Assembly (NCBI GenBank): GCA_030704615.1
Contig: CM060732.1
Coordinates: forward strand, 75,392,001-75,456,000
Length of the DNA: 64,000 bases
Reading direction: 5' to 3'
DNA from: Takakia lepidozioides
Lineage: Eukaryota > Plantae > Bryophyta
Shown piece after piece: positions 12,001 to 23,969 of this stretch. The notes below the pieces were generated by a model. The model was given only the letters and a program-made list of their open reading frames with translations. It searched no databases and was not told the DNA's origin. How positions within the stretch are numbered: the first letter of the stretch is position 1; the number at the start of each line of letters is the position of its first letter. The position numbers and the translations under genes were made by a program.

Positions 12001-13570
12001 TTAGGTGGCAAGATACTTTGGCGGTGTTCGACGTGGATATCCAATACAAACCGGGACAATGTGGTGGCCAATGCTTTAAGTAGAAAGCAGCAGCTCATGC
12101 TGGTGTATAGGGCCGAGACGGCGCTCCAAAGGAAGATCCGGAAAGCTTACCGGAAGGATGAGATGGCAAAGTCCGTGATGCGGGACTTGAGGATGGGGGT
12201 TAAATCGCAATTCCACTTGTAAAATGGACTGCTCCGGTACAAACAAAAACGTCTCTACGTGCCAAAGGGAGGGATCAGAGATAGTCTCTTGAGAGAATGC
12301 CATGATAGCCCGCTTGCGGGCCACGACGAAGCCAAACGCACCGCGGCACTCTTGAAGAAAGAGTATTTCTGGCCCAAACTGAGGGAGGAGGCCGAGGAGT
12401 ATGTCAAGACATGCACCACATGCCAACAAAACCGGAGCGAGTACAAAAAGCAAGCGGGACTGTTACAAGCCGATTCCAGAGGGATCTTGGGAAAGCGTCT
12501 CGATGGATTTCATGACTGCTATGCCGCTGTCAAAAGGATTCGATGCAATCATGGTGGTGGTGGATAGGTTCAGTAAAATGGGCCATTTCATCCCCACCAA
12601 GGAGACGGCAACGGCGCAGGAGACGGGGCAACTTTACTTCGCCCACGTCTTCAAGCATCATGGACTCCCGAAGGATATTGTCTCAGACCGCGATCCAAAG
12701 TTTACTAGTAAATTTTGGAGGGCACTTTGGAAGAAGATGGGGACGAGGCTCAAGATGAGCACCACCTTCCGACCTACGACGGACAGCCAAATGGAAAGGG
12801 TGAATTCCGTGGTAAAGCAGATCTTGCGGAATTACGTGTCGGCGGACCAATCGGACTGGGTGGAGCACTTGGACGCGACAGAGTTCTGTTATAATAACAC
12901 AAAACACTCCGCAACGGGTGTTTCCCCTTTCGTATTGGTCTATGGAAAAGCACCTCTAGTGCCGACAAGTTGGGCTGCCCAAGACGTTGAGGAACCGGCA
13001 GCAGCAGCGGTGTTGGAGGAACGTGAGCGCTTGTTGAAGCTCGCAAAGTACAACATCGCCAAAGCTAGGAAACGGTATGAACGGCAGGCAAATCGGAAGC
13101 GGAGGAAAGTCAAGTTTGAGGCAAGCATGGAGGTCTGGTTGAACATCAAGAATTTTTGACTATCTCCCGAAGTGAGTCCGAAGTTCATACCTCCGTATGC
13201 AGGACCCTTTCGCATCCGGAAGGTTATGAATGAGGATGTGTATGAATTGGAGCTGCCGGAAAATAGCAAGGTGCATCCGGTATTCCACATCTCCCTTTTG
13301 AAGCCTTACTTCAAAGATGAAACGCGTCCGAATCGGCAGCAAGTGTTGCGTCCGCCACCTGTGCTGTTAGATCATGAAAATGAACCTGAGTACGAGGTGG
13401 AGGCAGTGCTTAAGTCGAGAAGGTTCAAGAATCGAGAAACTGAGTATCTCGTGAAATGGAACGGCTATCATCATGTGGAGGCATCTTGGGTGCGTGCCTC
13501 AGAAATGGGCAACGCATCCGAGGCGGTTGCAGTTTTCGAAGGTCGACCTCAAAAGCGGAAGAAGCGTTGA
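9039..13570 (+). mobile_element. Ty3/gypsy chromovirus gag-pol pseudogene (gag, zinc knuckle, protease, RT, RNase H, integrase, chromodomain)
   Basis: PKEPDTFEG gag; CFNCGEPGHMTKKC; LVDTGASH; [20 protein letters not shown]; HTDASDF; GH..CTTCQ; SDRDPKFTS; GPF; YEVEAVL..YLVKWNGY chromodomain. Several stops and frameshifts. Confidence 0.97.
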
Positions 13571-13925
13571 TGGGGACATCAACCTTGGAGCGTGGGGGAG
13601 GAAATGCATGCTTAGCCCGGCTTAGCTAGCTCAAGAATCCGATTGCAAAAACTTGTATTGTACAAATTTTGTTATAAATGAAATGGTTTCCAAATGTTGT
13701 GCGTCCTAATTTTGTTTGGAATGGTGATGCATGGTATGGTTGGCTAGTGTGTAGAATGCATGCTAGCTTACAAAAGTGGGAGAGGTAAATTGGATTAATC
13801 GTGTGTTTGTGCGGTGCCAAAATCGGGTGACTCCCATCCAAGGGGCAAGGAAACTTGCACCTTCTTTGGGAGTTCACGTGCTAGTGCACACCTGGCACGT
13901 GCGCGTACTATAACTGCGCTAGTTC

Positions 13926-14654
13926 TGTCGCGCACCTCACTTTGGTAAGTTCCCCTTCAAGTCATAGTTACTCGCTTTGATGCGCGCGCCTAACTACCAA
14001 CCTGGCCGCCGGGCCAACTCGGAGCTTCGGCTGCTCACCGGGACATAACGGTCCCCCTTTACTCTTCCAAGAAACCCTCCACCAATTTGGGCCTAGTGGA
14101 AATTCCCTTTGGTAGATGGTAGTCCGGAATAGCTCCCCACTCCTTGGTCGCTTTCCGGCTCGCTCGCTTACTCACTAGTTTTTGGTCACCAACGGGCTTG
14201 CACCGTTCTCGGGGTTAATACTCCCTATATATACTTCTGTGACTGTCTGGGGGGGTTCCACAAACAACACCATCCTTTTATGGCGAACCACCACGAAGAC
14301 CCTCGATTCCCGATGATGAGTCACGGTGAGTCTTGGCCCACCCACCACGGCCCCATTGGACCATGATGAGTCCCAAGACTCCCCACAACTCCCACCACAA
14401 GGTCTCCGCCCCATGGTGAGTCCTATGCCACCCCCACTAAGTCCCACTAAGTTACCACCACCCCTTGTGGAGCCACCCCCACCGCAACCCGGTGTGCGGG
14501 GCTCCACCTAGTAAGCACCTCCGCCTCCTTGAGTGCCTTGGGCACTCAAAGGTGCTTCAGCCCCCCGTACCTATTGTTGCCACCGCCCCCACCACAAGGG
14601 CAGACAGCCCCTTTGCGTCCCAACCCCCTGCCCTCAAGGCAAATGGCCGCGACA
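13926..14654 (-). repeat. Complete 3' LTR (~729 bp), inverted
   Basis: TGTCGCG...CGCGACA termini, flanked by agttc at 13921-13925. On the minus strand it is preceded by a PPT-like GGTAGGGGTGTG (14666-14655). Confidence 0.93.
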
Positions 14655-15200
14655 CACACCCCTACCAATTGGGAGTCGATGTCCTCATTGACTTGCCCAT
14701 TTTGTAGAAACGAACATCCAAGTTGTGGCGTCCCACATCAAGGAGTTTATTTCTGCACCATGGCGTCCCATGGCAAAGAACCAAACCCCACACTTGATTC
14801 TATTCTCCACTAGCTAGTTTGGCTGACTTCCTCCAAGTCTCGGCCAAGGGTGGAGCCTCTCAAGCTCCGCATAGTGCACTCTTCTTGGCCTACTTCAAGG
14901 CCAAGGAACGATCCTCCCTGCGGATCGAATCACCTTACTGCAACAACATTGCTTGCGACCACTAATGATGCCGCTTTTGGCATCACCTTGAGCAAGGGTT
15001 CACCTTGAACCCTTTTTTGACTAGGAAGATAACCTTGAACCAACCGTGCGCCCCAATCACTACAATTGGGTCCGCCTTGGAATGCTGGCCTGAGGTACGA
15101 GAACACACCGAAGCCGCACTACGACTTTGTCCCGAGACTACACGATTATAGTACGTGAACGGAAGCACGTAGCTTCTGCATTAGCCTGCACTACAAGGCA

Positions 15201-17021
15201 TTTTGTGCATGGGTATGTGAAGGGTTCTGCGGTGTTCTATGTTTCCACCACTGACACGAAGGGCGAAGAGTGCCATGTATCAGGAGAGATAGAGGAAGGT
15301 TGGGATGTATGTTGGCGTGAAGTTAAGAGGGAGTTCGAGGCCAAATTGTCCAAGAAGGCTTCCACGAAAGTTTTCATGGGGAAGATGTTTTTTGTATGGG
15401 ATGGCAATCACCAGTTGCTTGCCTGGATGGACTACATATCCAAATTGCACTCTGACAAAAAGGATTGGCGCAGGAGCGTTCATTCTATGGTCCCGGATCA
15501 CAAAGGTTGAATCACACAGCTGCTCACTGCCATGCACGACATCAACAAGTAAGTTTTCCGAAATTGTTGTGCATTGTTGTATTTGTGGTTGTTTTCTTCT
15601 TAATTGGAAAAGTGACTGTTCAATGCAGATCAAACGAAACCTCCCACGTAACAACCAACCTCTGCCACACTCTTTTTCGGGTCCAGATGATCGATATGAT
15701 GCCTCTGGAATCATTTGCGAACGTGTTGAGTACAAGTCAAATGAAGAGATGCAGGGAGAAGAAGCTCGTCACCTGGTATAGCTTGACAAGAGAGGCATTT
15801 CTTGACTACATGTACACGGTAAGAAAACTTAAACCGAATTGAAATTCAGACTAGTTTGTTCCCTATTTTCATTGGATGTGAACTAAAAGATCATATATTT
15901 TGGATTGTTTGCAGCAAGAGATAGCGGAGACAGGCTTGAAGGCGAAGGCCGAATACTGTGCCACTCACGTAGAGGAGGAGAGTCTGCTGTGGGGGTGGCG
16001 GAGGCAATCCGGTTTGAGATGGATAACCATAGAAAGAACCTACTGAGTGCGTTTGACAAACAAATCTACATTGCAGATCCTAGTCTCGGCTCCGAGTTCT
16101 TGGAGCAGGTGAAAGTGCACTACGACAAGTATGGAACTAAACCCGAAATGACACAAAAGAAACTTCATCACCTGTCCATTTCAATGGTGGACACCACAAC
16201 CAAAATCAGATGGTTGGAGATTTGGAACTCGGATCCTCTGGTGAAGGACACGTATGGGTTTCCAAGAACAGAGAAAGACCCCAAAACCAATGTGATAAAA
16301 GTGGTGAGCGACCACTCTTTCGACCAATGGCTTCACAAAGCTACATTCTGGAGCCAGGTGAGAGAAACTAACATTCATTCTTGCAGTCCCCATTTTTTCA
16401 TGATTCCGTGTTGCTTGGCTCCAGAGCCTCACATTTGTCTTGTTGGAACAGCCGGAGAAGCGTGCTATTTCAGCACTGGGAGAGTCCTTGACTGACTACA
16501 AAATCACCATGACAACACCCAGAATCTCTCTTGACGCGTAGAACCCTTTTCAGTTATATGAAGGCTTCCGGATTTAAGGTCATCAAAACATGGACGTGTA
16601 TCAACACTCTTCCACTTTCCAGGGAGAGTTCCTAGGATAGAGGGTGAGTTCAGAATGGTGGACTGCCTCTTCTGGTAATTTCATTCTGTTCAGTTCATTA
16701 TGCAAGTTCGAGAACCGAGTGTTTTGGGGGGGCAATGCAGACTCGGGTGTTCGAGGCTTTATGCTTGGTGAGGATGCGAAAGGACACCCTCCCTCCTGGT
16801 ATTGCGGAGTTCCAGTTGAGAGACCTTGCAGCACACATCGACCCCACCTGCGAGCCTGTGGGGGACGATGTCCTGTACAATTACGTGGACTCCGGGCGGA
16901 CCATCGAAAGGACAAATGGTGTCCCTTGGAGAGGTGCTCGGGAGAAATCTCCAGCATTCATGCAGACTCTGGTGGAGACTTGCAGCCGGCATGGGGGGCG
17001 GGTGGTGGACTTGTTTTCATG
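15201..17021 (+). pseudogene. 3' exons of the inner ParB-like gene with a C-terminal N4C/N6A DNA-methyltransferase-like segment
   Basis: FVHGY..GSAVFYVS..KMFFVWDGNHQLLAW (ParB/Srx-type DGxHR motif). GT-AG introns at ~15549, ~15819 and ~16358. The C-terminus VPWRGAREKSPAFMQTLVETCSRHGGRVVDLFSC resembles motif X-I of beta-class amino-MTases. Confidence 0.7.
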
Positions 17022-18089
17022 CGAGATTAAACAACTCACCTCCGGCTCGGCATCGGCCCCACACAAGGAAATAGTTTTCAACGAACGGGAACTTCCAAGA
17101 TGAAGACCTCGACGTGGACTCCGACTTTGAGTGTACGTAAGTCCGGTTTGTTTTGGATGACATGTCGGATTTTTCATTTTTTCTAACCTTCGTTTTTGTC
17201 ACAACCGCGGTCCTGTCTTTCTGCTTACTGGGCTTGCAACTTTGGGAATCTTTGCAGGACACCAGAAACGAGGAGAAGCATCCCTTTCTTTGCTAACCCG
17301 AATTTTTTTCCGAGCCCAGATGCCCCCCTACAGTTGCCATGCTATGCAGAGGCTGCCGCTAGGGAGTTTACTCTCTGCGACTCTCCCCCTCTAAATTGCT
17401 TCAATCGTGTAGAAAATGAGGACAGCAGGGCTAGGATCTTTATGGACATTAGTGCGTCGGAGTCCGGTGCTACCACAAGTTCCAGTGCATAGACATTTTC
17501 CGATTGGTTCCACCTGTTTGAGAATATCTAGGGAATCCGCTGTGAGGAGATTGCTTCTCTTCCTTCAAGTGCGTGCCTCCCTTCAAAACATAGTCTACAT
17601 AAGACATTTTCTAGACATAAATTTTTTCCTCTTCACTTGCAAGTCCATTCATACAATCTCTGTGGGTCCACAATACTTGCAGTCTTTACACATACGTACG
17701 TATATTGTTCATGCATCCAAAACATAAGTCCATCCATCAACTGTCCAAAATTCTACCATTCCAAATTTGTCACTCCGTCATTCATCCAGTGTTCCAGCAT
17801 ATATCATCCATCATTCGCCCCACACTCAGCCATCATGCATGTAACATCCAACCAATATCCATCCAACATCCATTAAAAATTTATCATCCATCCACCATTC
17901 ATCCAACTGCACATCCAGGTACGCATTACATTTTCGCTCGTTCCCACGGGAATAGGTCCCTGGATATCACCGTCCGCGGATGTGGGCCCCAACAACCTCT
18001 GGCGTGAGCATCTTTCCGCTCACGGATTGGCATCTTTTCACTCACGCATCTTCCCGCTCACGTGAGCCGCTCACGGACTAGCATCCCCC

Positions 18090-19024
18090 GGGCCACTTTG
18101 GCAGGTTGAATCCATCCCTAATTGGAAGCTCAAACAGTGTACGGCAATTCACACTGTTTGAGCCCCTTTTTTTGCTTGTTTTTTGATGTGAAATTCGGCA
18201 ACCTTTGGCCCACTCTGGGAGGTTGTAAACACCCCTAATTGGAAGCTCAAACAGTGTGCGGCAACGCACTCTGTTTGAGCCCCCATTTGTGTTTTTTTTT
18301 AATGTGAAAATCGGCCACATAGGGCCACTCTGGCAGATTGTAAACACCCCTTATTGGAAGCTCAAACAGTGTGCGTTGCCGCACACTGTTTGAGCCCACC
18401 TTTGTGCTTTTTTTTTGATGCGAAATTCGGCCACTTAAGGCCACTCTGGCAGGTTGAATCCACCCCTAATTGGAAGCTCAAACAGTGTGTGGCAACGCAA
18501 ACTGTTTGAGCCCCCTTTTTTGATTGTTTTTTGATGTGAAATTTGACAACCTTGGGCCCACTCTGGCAGGTCGTAAACACCCCTAATTGGAAGCTCAAAC
18601 AGTGTGTGGCAACGCACACTGTTTGAGCCCTCTTTTTTGCTGGGTTTTTGATGTGAAATTCGCCAACCTTGGGCCCACTCTGGCAGGTTGAGTCCACCCC
18701 TTATTGGAAGCTCAAACAGTGTGCGGCCACGCACACTGTTTGAGCCCGCCTTTGTGATTATTTTTTGATGTGAAATTCCGCCACCTTTGGGCACTCTGGC
18801 CGATTGTAAACACCCTTTATTGGAAGCTCAAACAGTGTGCGGCAACGCACACTGCTTGAGCCCCCCGTTGTGCTTGTTTTTTGTTGTGAAAATCGGCCAC
18901 GTTGGGCCCACTCTGGCAGGTTGTAAACACCCCTTATTGGAAGCTCAAACAGTGTGCGGCAACGCACATTGTTTTGGGCCCCCTCTCTGCTTGTTTTTTT
19001 ATGTGAAATTGGGCCACACAGGGC
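18090..19024. repeat. Right half (8 units) of the 116-bp hairpin array
   Basis: Same unit and orientation as 1660-2594. Hairpins start at 18128, 18245, 18360, 18476, 18593, 18710, 18826 and 18943. Confidence 0.97.
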
Positions 19025-19096
19025 ATTTCTGCCATGCTCAAAACACCATCGGTTCTTGCTTCTCTCTTATATCAATTTGAATGAACAACCTTGCAG

Positions 19097-20529
19097 GAGA
19101 AGATGCAAAGGGTGGCGGATGATAACCCTTCGGGGCAGGGGAAGGAGATCATTGTTGATGTGGACGATGAGTTCTATGAAAACAAAGCCGCTGAGATGTT
19201 GGGGGGTCAGAAGGTAAACTCTCAGCTTGTGGTGCAAAGTATGCTTGCCCCGGGGTGGGAGGTTGAAGATTCCCCTGTGTAGGTTGGTTTCCATGCCCAT
19301 CATTCGTCCACCCCTCATCAAGGACATCCAGAAGCTGGAATTAGAGTTTGTTCATGGGTATTTGGATGGATCCGCAGTCTTTTACGTTTCTACTAGGGAT
19401 TCCAGAGGCAATGAGCTCCTTGTGGATGAGTCAATCGTGGACTCTTGGGATCCCATTTTGAGACAAGTGAACGAATCCTTCGAACTTCTTCTCTCCAGGA
19501 AACCTTCGACCCAGACATTCTCAGGGAAGATGTTTCACGTATAGGATGGCAACCACCGGTTGCTTGCATGGATGGTTGTCATTGGGAGGCTGCACTCACA
19601 TGAGGAAGAATGGCATTACTGTGTTCGATCGATGGTGCTGGATTGTGACGAGAACATGATGGGTCTTCTGACAGCAATGAATGATGTGAACAGGTTGGTT
19701 TCTCATTCTACATGTTCCAGTTTTGGTTCCGTGGTTCTTTGGTTCTAGTCCTCTATTGACGGTTCTTGAATTTCATTCTGACTTTCACACATCATTATGC
19801 AGAGGGACACATACATCGCATGTCAAAACGAGTCTGGTTCACATACTGTATATGATACAAAGGATCAGGCACATGCCCTTGACCAACTTCAAGACCATCC
19901 TTTCAGTAGAGACGTACAAGAAGTGCGAAAGCTCCAAGACATCAAAAATATGGTACTCGTTGACCCGTGAGGCTTTCATGGAGTATATGTACGCGGTGAG
20001 ATACATCTTCCATCATCTGACCTTTCGATATTCCTGCTTCCAGATGTTTGTTTCTGTGTGTTTCCCTTGCCCTTGGGTTGATGCAACTCTCGTGCATTCC
20101 CTTGCAGCAAGACATTGCAGATGCAGGAGAGCGTGGCAAACTGGAATACTACAGCTCTACCCCTAAGGAGAGAAGGACAACAAAGGGGGTTGAGAGTCAC
20201 ATCAAGCAAGAGATGACCGCCACAAGAAGGACTATTATGAGTGCTTTTGTTAAGCAGTTGAGAATTGCCGACCCATCATTCGGACGGCAGTTTCTTCAAG
20301 AGGTGAAAAACCATTACAACAAGCCAGACAAGCCGGAGATGGCCCAAGAGAAGTTACACAGGTTGTCTACCGCCGTTGTGTCTTCAGAATAGAAGGTGAA
20401 GTGGCTACAGATATGAAACTCCGATCCCACTGCTAGGGATACCCACATGTTCCCCAAGCCGGAGAAAAAGAAAAAGACCCAGCGTGTCATTCCTGTCAGT
20501 GACAATGTGATGGACACATGGCTTCAATG
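19097..20529 (+). pseudogene. Outer ParB-like gene, 3' exons (paralogue of 15201-17021)
   Basis: GGQKVNS..CRLVSMPIIRP..EFVHGYLDGSAVFYVS..KMFHV*DGNHRLLAW..LLTAMNDVN; WYSLTREAFMEYMY; IADPSFG. Intron positions are shared with the inner copy. Contains stops and a frameshift. Confidence 0.8.
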
Positions 20530-21270
20530 GTTGTGTGTCCTTGTGTCATGTTTGCAATGTGTGCGTGGGATGCAAATTCATGGGAACAAACTATCGTTGG
20601 AGATGGGGGTTGCATGGACTGCCCGGATTATTCCTTCAATCTATTTAGTGTTTTGCGGAGCTCATAGGCTTGTGTGCATTGCAAAAACAAACAAATGTCT
20701 TTGGTTTGGGTAGAGCATCCTCGCATCATTTGCTCAGGTCTCTAAACCATTCTTACTACAAGAATGCTTGGTAAATCCATCACGTTAAAGTCCACGTGAT
20801 CAAAGACCATTCCGGCATTCTCAATTCTGGTGAGCATCCATGATGCTCCCGCACATACCTGGCATGTTCGCAAGGGTGGTGAGTAAGAAAACATTTTGCA
20901 GGGATCCACTTTGGATGATGTGAGTGTGCACCTGCTCACGACGTAGCCACATTCCAATGGAGGGGCTTGGTATGTTGATAACGTCTAAATGGATGCAATG
21001 GATAGAAAAGATGGATACAATGGATGTAACACATCCAGTTTGCATTCCCTGGAAATGGCTGATCAACCCGCAATAATAGTTGACACCCGTGGAAATAGGC
21101 CATGTATGCATGCTGACGTGGCGTGAGCCTGTGCTGGGCTCACGGTTACAAGTCATTCTGCTCACTCATCCAGTGGTTTTCAAAGTATCATTCATGCTAG
21201 GTATTTTTTTCAAAGTAATGCAACACTTCATTGCTAACATGTGTCATTCTTGTTGCCATTTTGTGACAGA

Positions 21271-22860
21271 AAGTATGCAACAGAGAAGGCACAGTTCACT
21301 GCAGACAGAGAGGCATGTGCTCGTGAGTGGCGTGCCAATCGTCGACGTCACCGCCGCCTTCCGGTGCCATACCCTCCCCATTTGTTGGAGTTTCCACCCC
21401 TACTGGTATGGATACGCCGTGCAGTCCAGACCCATGTCTCTGAGCATGGTGTTGAGGATCAACATGTAATTCATTTGTCTACCCCCCCCCTCATTGAGAT
21501 CAGCTTCATTTCGTGGCATGAAGGCGTATGGAAATCATTATCGAGTGGATGACACAGAGAGTCGTCTTCTTGTCTCTTTTGATTCCGGAGTTGCATCCGT
21601 CTTCCAGCAACAGAGCAGAAATAGTGTGCGTGATAGAAATCCAGTCATGTCACCATTAGAGTACGTTGGGGTCATCAAAGAGATCTTCAATTGGATTATG
21701 GACGAGTGCACCCCATTGTATTTCATTGTGCTTGGGTGAGGGCCAACCTCGTTGGACAAAATGCTACAATGAAGCGGGATTCGTATGGTTTTCTACTTGC
21801 AAATTTTGGGAGGATGTTACCCGCCAATGATCAGCCGTTCATCTTTCCATCTCAAGTTGAACATATGTTCTTTTCGGATGAGTCCCCAAGTTCGGAGTGG
21901 AAGGTAGTCCTTCGGAAGGATCCAAGAGCAAAAAGGATTGTGGCGGACATAGATCAATGTGACATTGGAGAAAATACAGATTTCGATGGCCTTCAGGCAC
22001 CGTCCACCTTATCAGATCAGCCAATACCTAGGTCATTAGATGGTGCCACGGCTCTAAATAAAGAAGACCTGGCTATGTTGGCTACCATTCAAGCAGCGTT
22101 TGTGCAACCAACCGCTATTCCAGTTGAGCAAAGTGATTCAGAGGGTGACGAATATGTTTCAGATTCAGAATAAAGTTTATTGTTGGAACCATTTGTTCAA
22201 TAGCATCATGCCACAATGGTCTGGTCACTTGTCTGTTTTTCAAAGTCTGTCACAGCTGCACAAACCACTTAAATTTTTTCATGTATCACCAAAAAAGTGG
22301 TACCAATCACTTATTAGTAGGCAATCACTCATGAGCAACCACTAGAATAGTGGTTCCAATTACTGCAGTATCTTTCACCACCCACTCTCCACCACTATCA
22401 AAGTGGTACAAATCAATGAGGTGTCTTTAACCACTCAAGATCAACGTGCAGAGCATTGTCCCCGTCCACGTGGAATATTATATTTATGAACTAATACATA
22501 TTTCCAAATCATAAATCACAAATAAAATTTGAATTATTACACGTGGAGAAGCAAGTGGTTTCAACCACTTCCCATCACTGAGGTGTCTATAACCACTCAC
22601 AATGTACCACTGCACTCGTCCACGTGGAATATGTTATTAATTAATTAAAATGTATTACCAAATAAAAAAAATAAAAATAAAAACAATTTATTACACGTGG
22701 ACTACTGAGTGGTTGAAACCACTTCCAACCACTGTCTGTGATGCCACCGTGGCATTTCATTGGGATTAACCACTGGCAAGTGGTTACTAGTGGTTTATAG
22801 AGTAGAAAAAGACAGTAGTGGTTTAAGGGCCAGTGGTTATTCTACGTTTTTCTTCTAGTG
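21271..22860 (+). mobile_element. CACTA element 3' portion: transposase C-terminus (DUF4216-like), subterminal repeats and terminus
   Basis: AYGNHYRV..FDSGVA..EYVGVIKEI..KRDSYGF..QPFIFPSQVEHMFFS..WKVVL. Many AACCACT/AGTGGTT repeats at 22260-22840. Ends TTCTTCTAGTG (reverse complement CACTAGAAG) at 22860. The 5' end was not found. Confidence 0.85.
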
Positions 22861-23969
22861 ACTTTATCTTTTTGCTGAATATCTGTGAAGTCTAGCTTCT
22901 GTTTCATCACTCATGTCCCATGTCCTTCATATTTTCAATGAGGCAATAACCAAAACTCTCTCCTGTAGTATCTCTCGTATATGCCTGGATTTCTTTCAAG
23001 CTCACTAGTACAGAAACTGGTTTTTTTAACGGCTCTTCTCACACATTTTGGTGTGAAAAAAGCGCAAGTTCACACCCCCCCCTTGTGTTAGGTTAACCTA
23101 GTCCTTTGCACCACATGTGAACTTTCTTGGTCCTGTGAAAAAAACCATCTCACACCAAACTTGCACCTGATGTGGCAGTAGGCTTAGGTGGCTCTTTTGA
23201 CGGATATTTTGACCGTCGTTTTGACTGGTTAGTTCAACTACTATTTTGACTAAGTAATCTTAATGGTCTTTCTACGGTACTTATTACACCTCGGCGCCAC
23301 CATGTTTGCCACATGTATGTCAAAGGGAATGCCACGTAATAGAGTCCATCAGAATTATTAAATAAATAATAGATATTAAGGGCTCTTCTTACGGACTCTC
23401 TCACACAGATTTAATACCAGGTTCAAGTCGTGGTGTGATCGCAATGACACTAGTGTGAATACTGTCACATCCACTGTTTTGTTCCTATTGGATGAAAAGT
23501 AAACAATTATTATTTGTTGACAAATGCCAAAATGAATAGTCATATTATTATTATTCTTATTCTTATAATAAATGGGATAGCACCCCAAAAGCCATTGGCT
23601 GCTTGATTTAATATGTAATATATTATTGTTTTAGAATTTTGATTTGTTTTGTTTCATTTAAACAAAAGCTTATTTAAAACATGGATAATAATTGTATTAT
23701 GAACCACATTGACCAGTAGTAATGTTATTAATATTAAATATAGCAAACAACCAGCAAAATACCACATTCATGTCTACACAAGTTTAATTTGGCTTGATGT
23801 GGGAAAATGAAGTTGCCTTTGAACAAGGGGATCTTGTGATCATACATGAGAATAGCAAGAGCATCAATTCCAAAAATACTGTTCATGTCAGAAGAGCAGT
23901 TTTGTTCACCTGTCTCAGCAACCTTCAATCCATAAAGAAAACTAAACTAAACTTGTAGCATCTTCAATA

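Larger units (their letters stand above)
2595..18089. mobile_element. Mutator-like element (MULE), ~15.5 kb including a nested LTR retrotransposon
   Basis: Left end GAGGGAAGCAAGCGCGTGAGCGCGCTCACG matches the reverse complement of the right end GGGGGATGCTAGTCCGTGAGCGGCTCACG. The 9-bp TSD is gggccactc (2586-2594) / gggccactt (18090-18098). There are mirrored GGATGAA/CATCCA subterminal tracts (~2840-2940, ~17710-17915) and an internal SWIM-containing transposase. Confidence 0.85.

Noticed and set aside
13591-13610. PPT plus start of a 3' LTR right after the chromodomain
   Set aside because: GGGGGAGGAAA is purine-rich, but the following sequence does not match the LTR. The LTR-adjacent tract is at 14655-14666 (-).
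8505-14654. DIRS-like or novel retroelement with native inverted terminal repeats
   Set aside because: It has a DDE integrase, PBS and TG..CA LTRs. The split LTR and shared 5-mer are better explained by post-insertion inversions.
20530-21270. MTase-like continuation of the outer ParB-like gene
   Set aside because: No segment resembling 16741-17021 was recognised. This copy appears truncated before the CACTA fragment.
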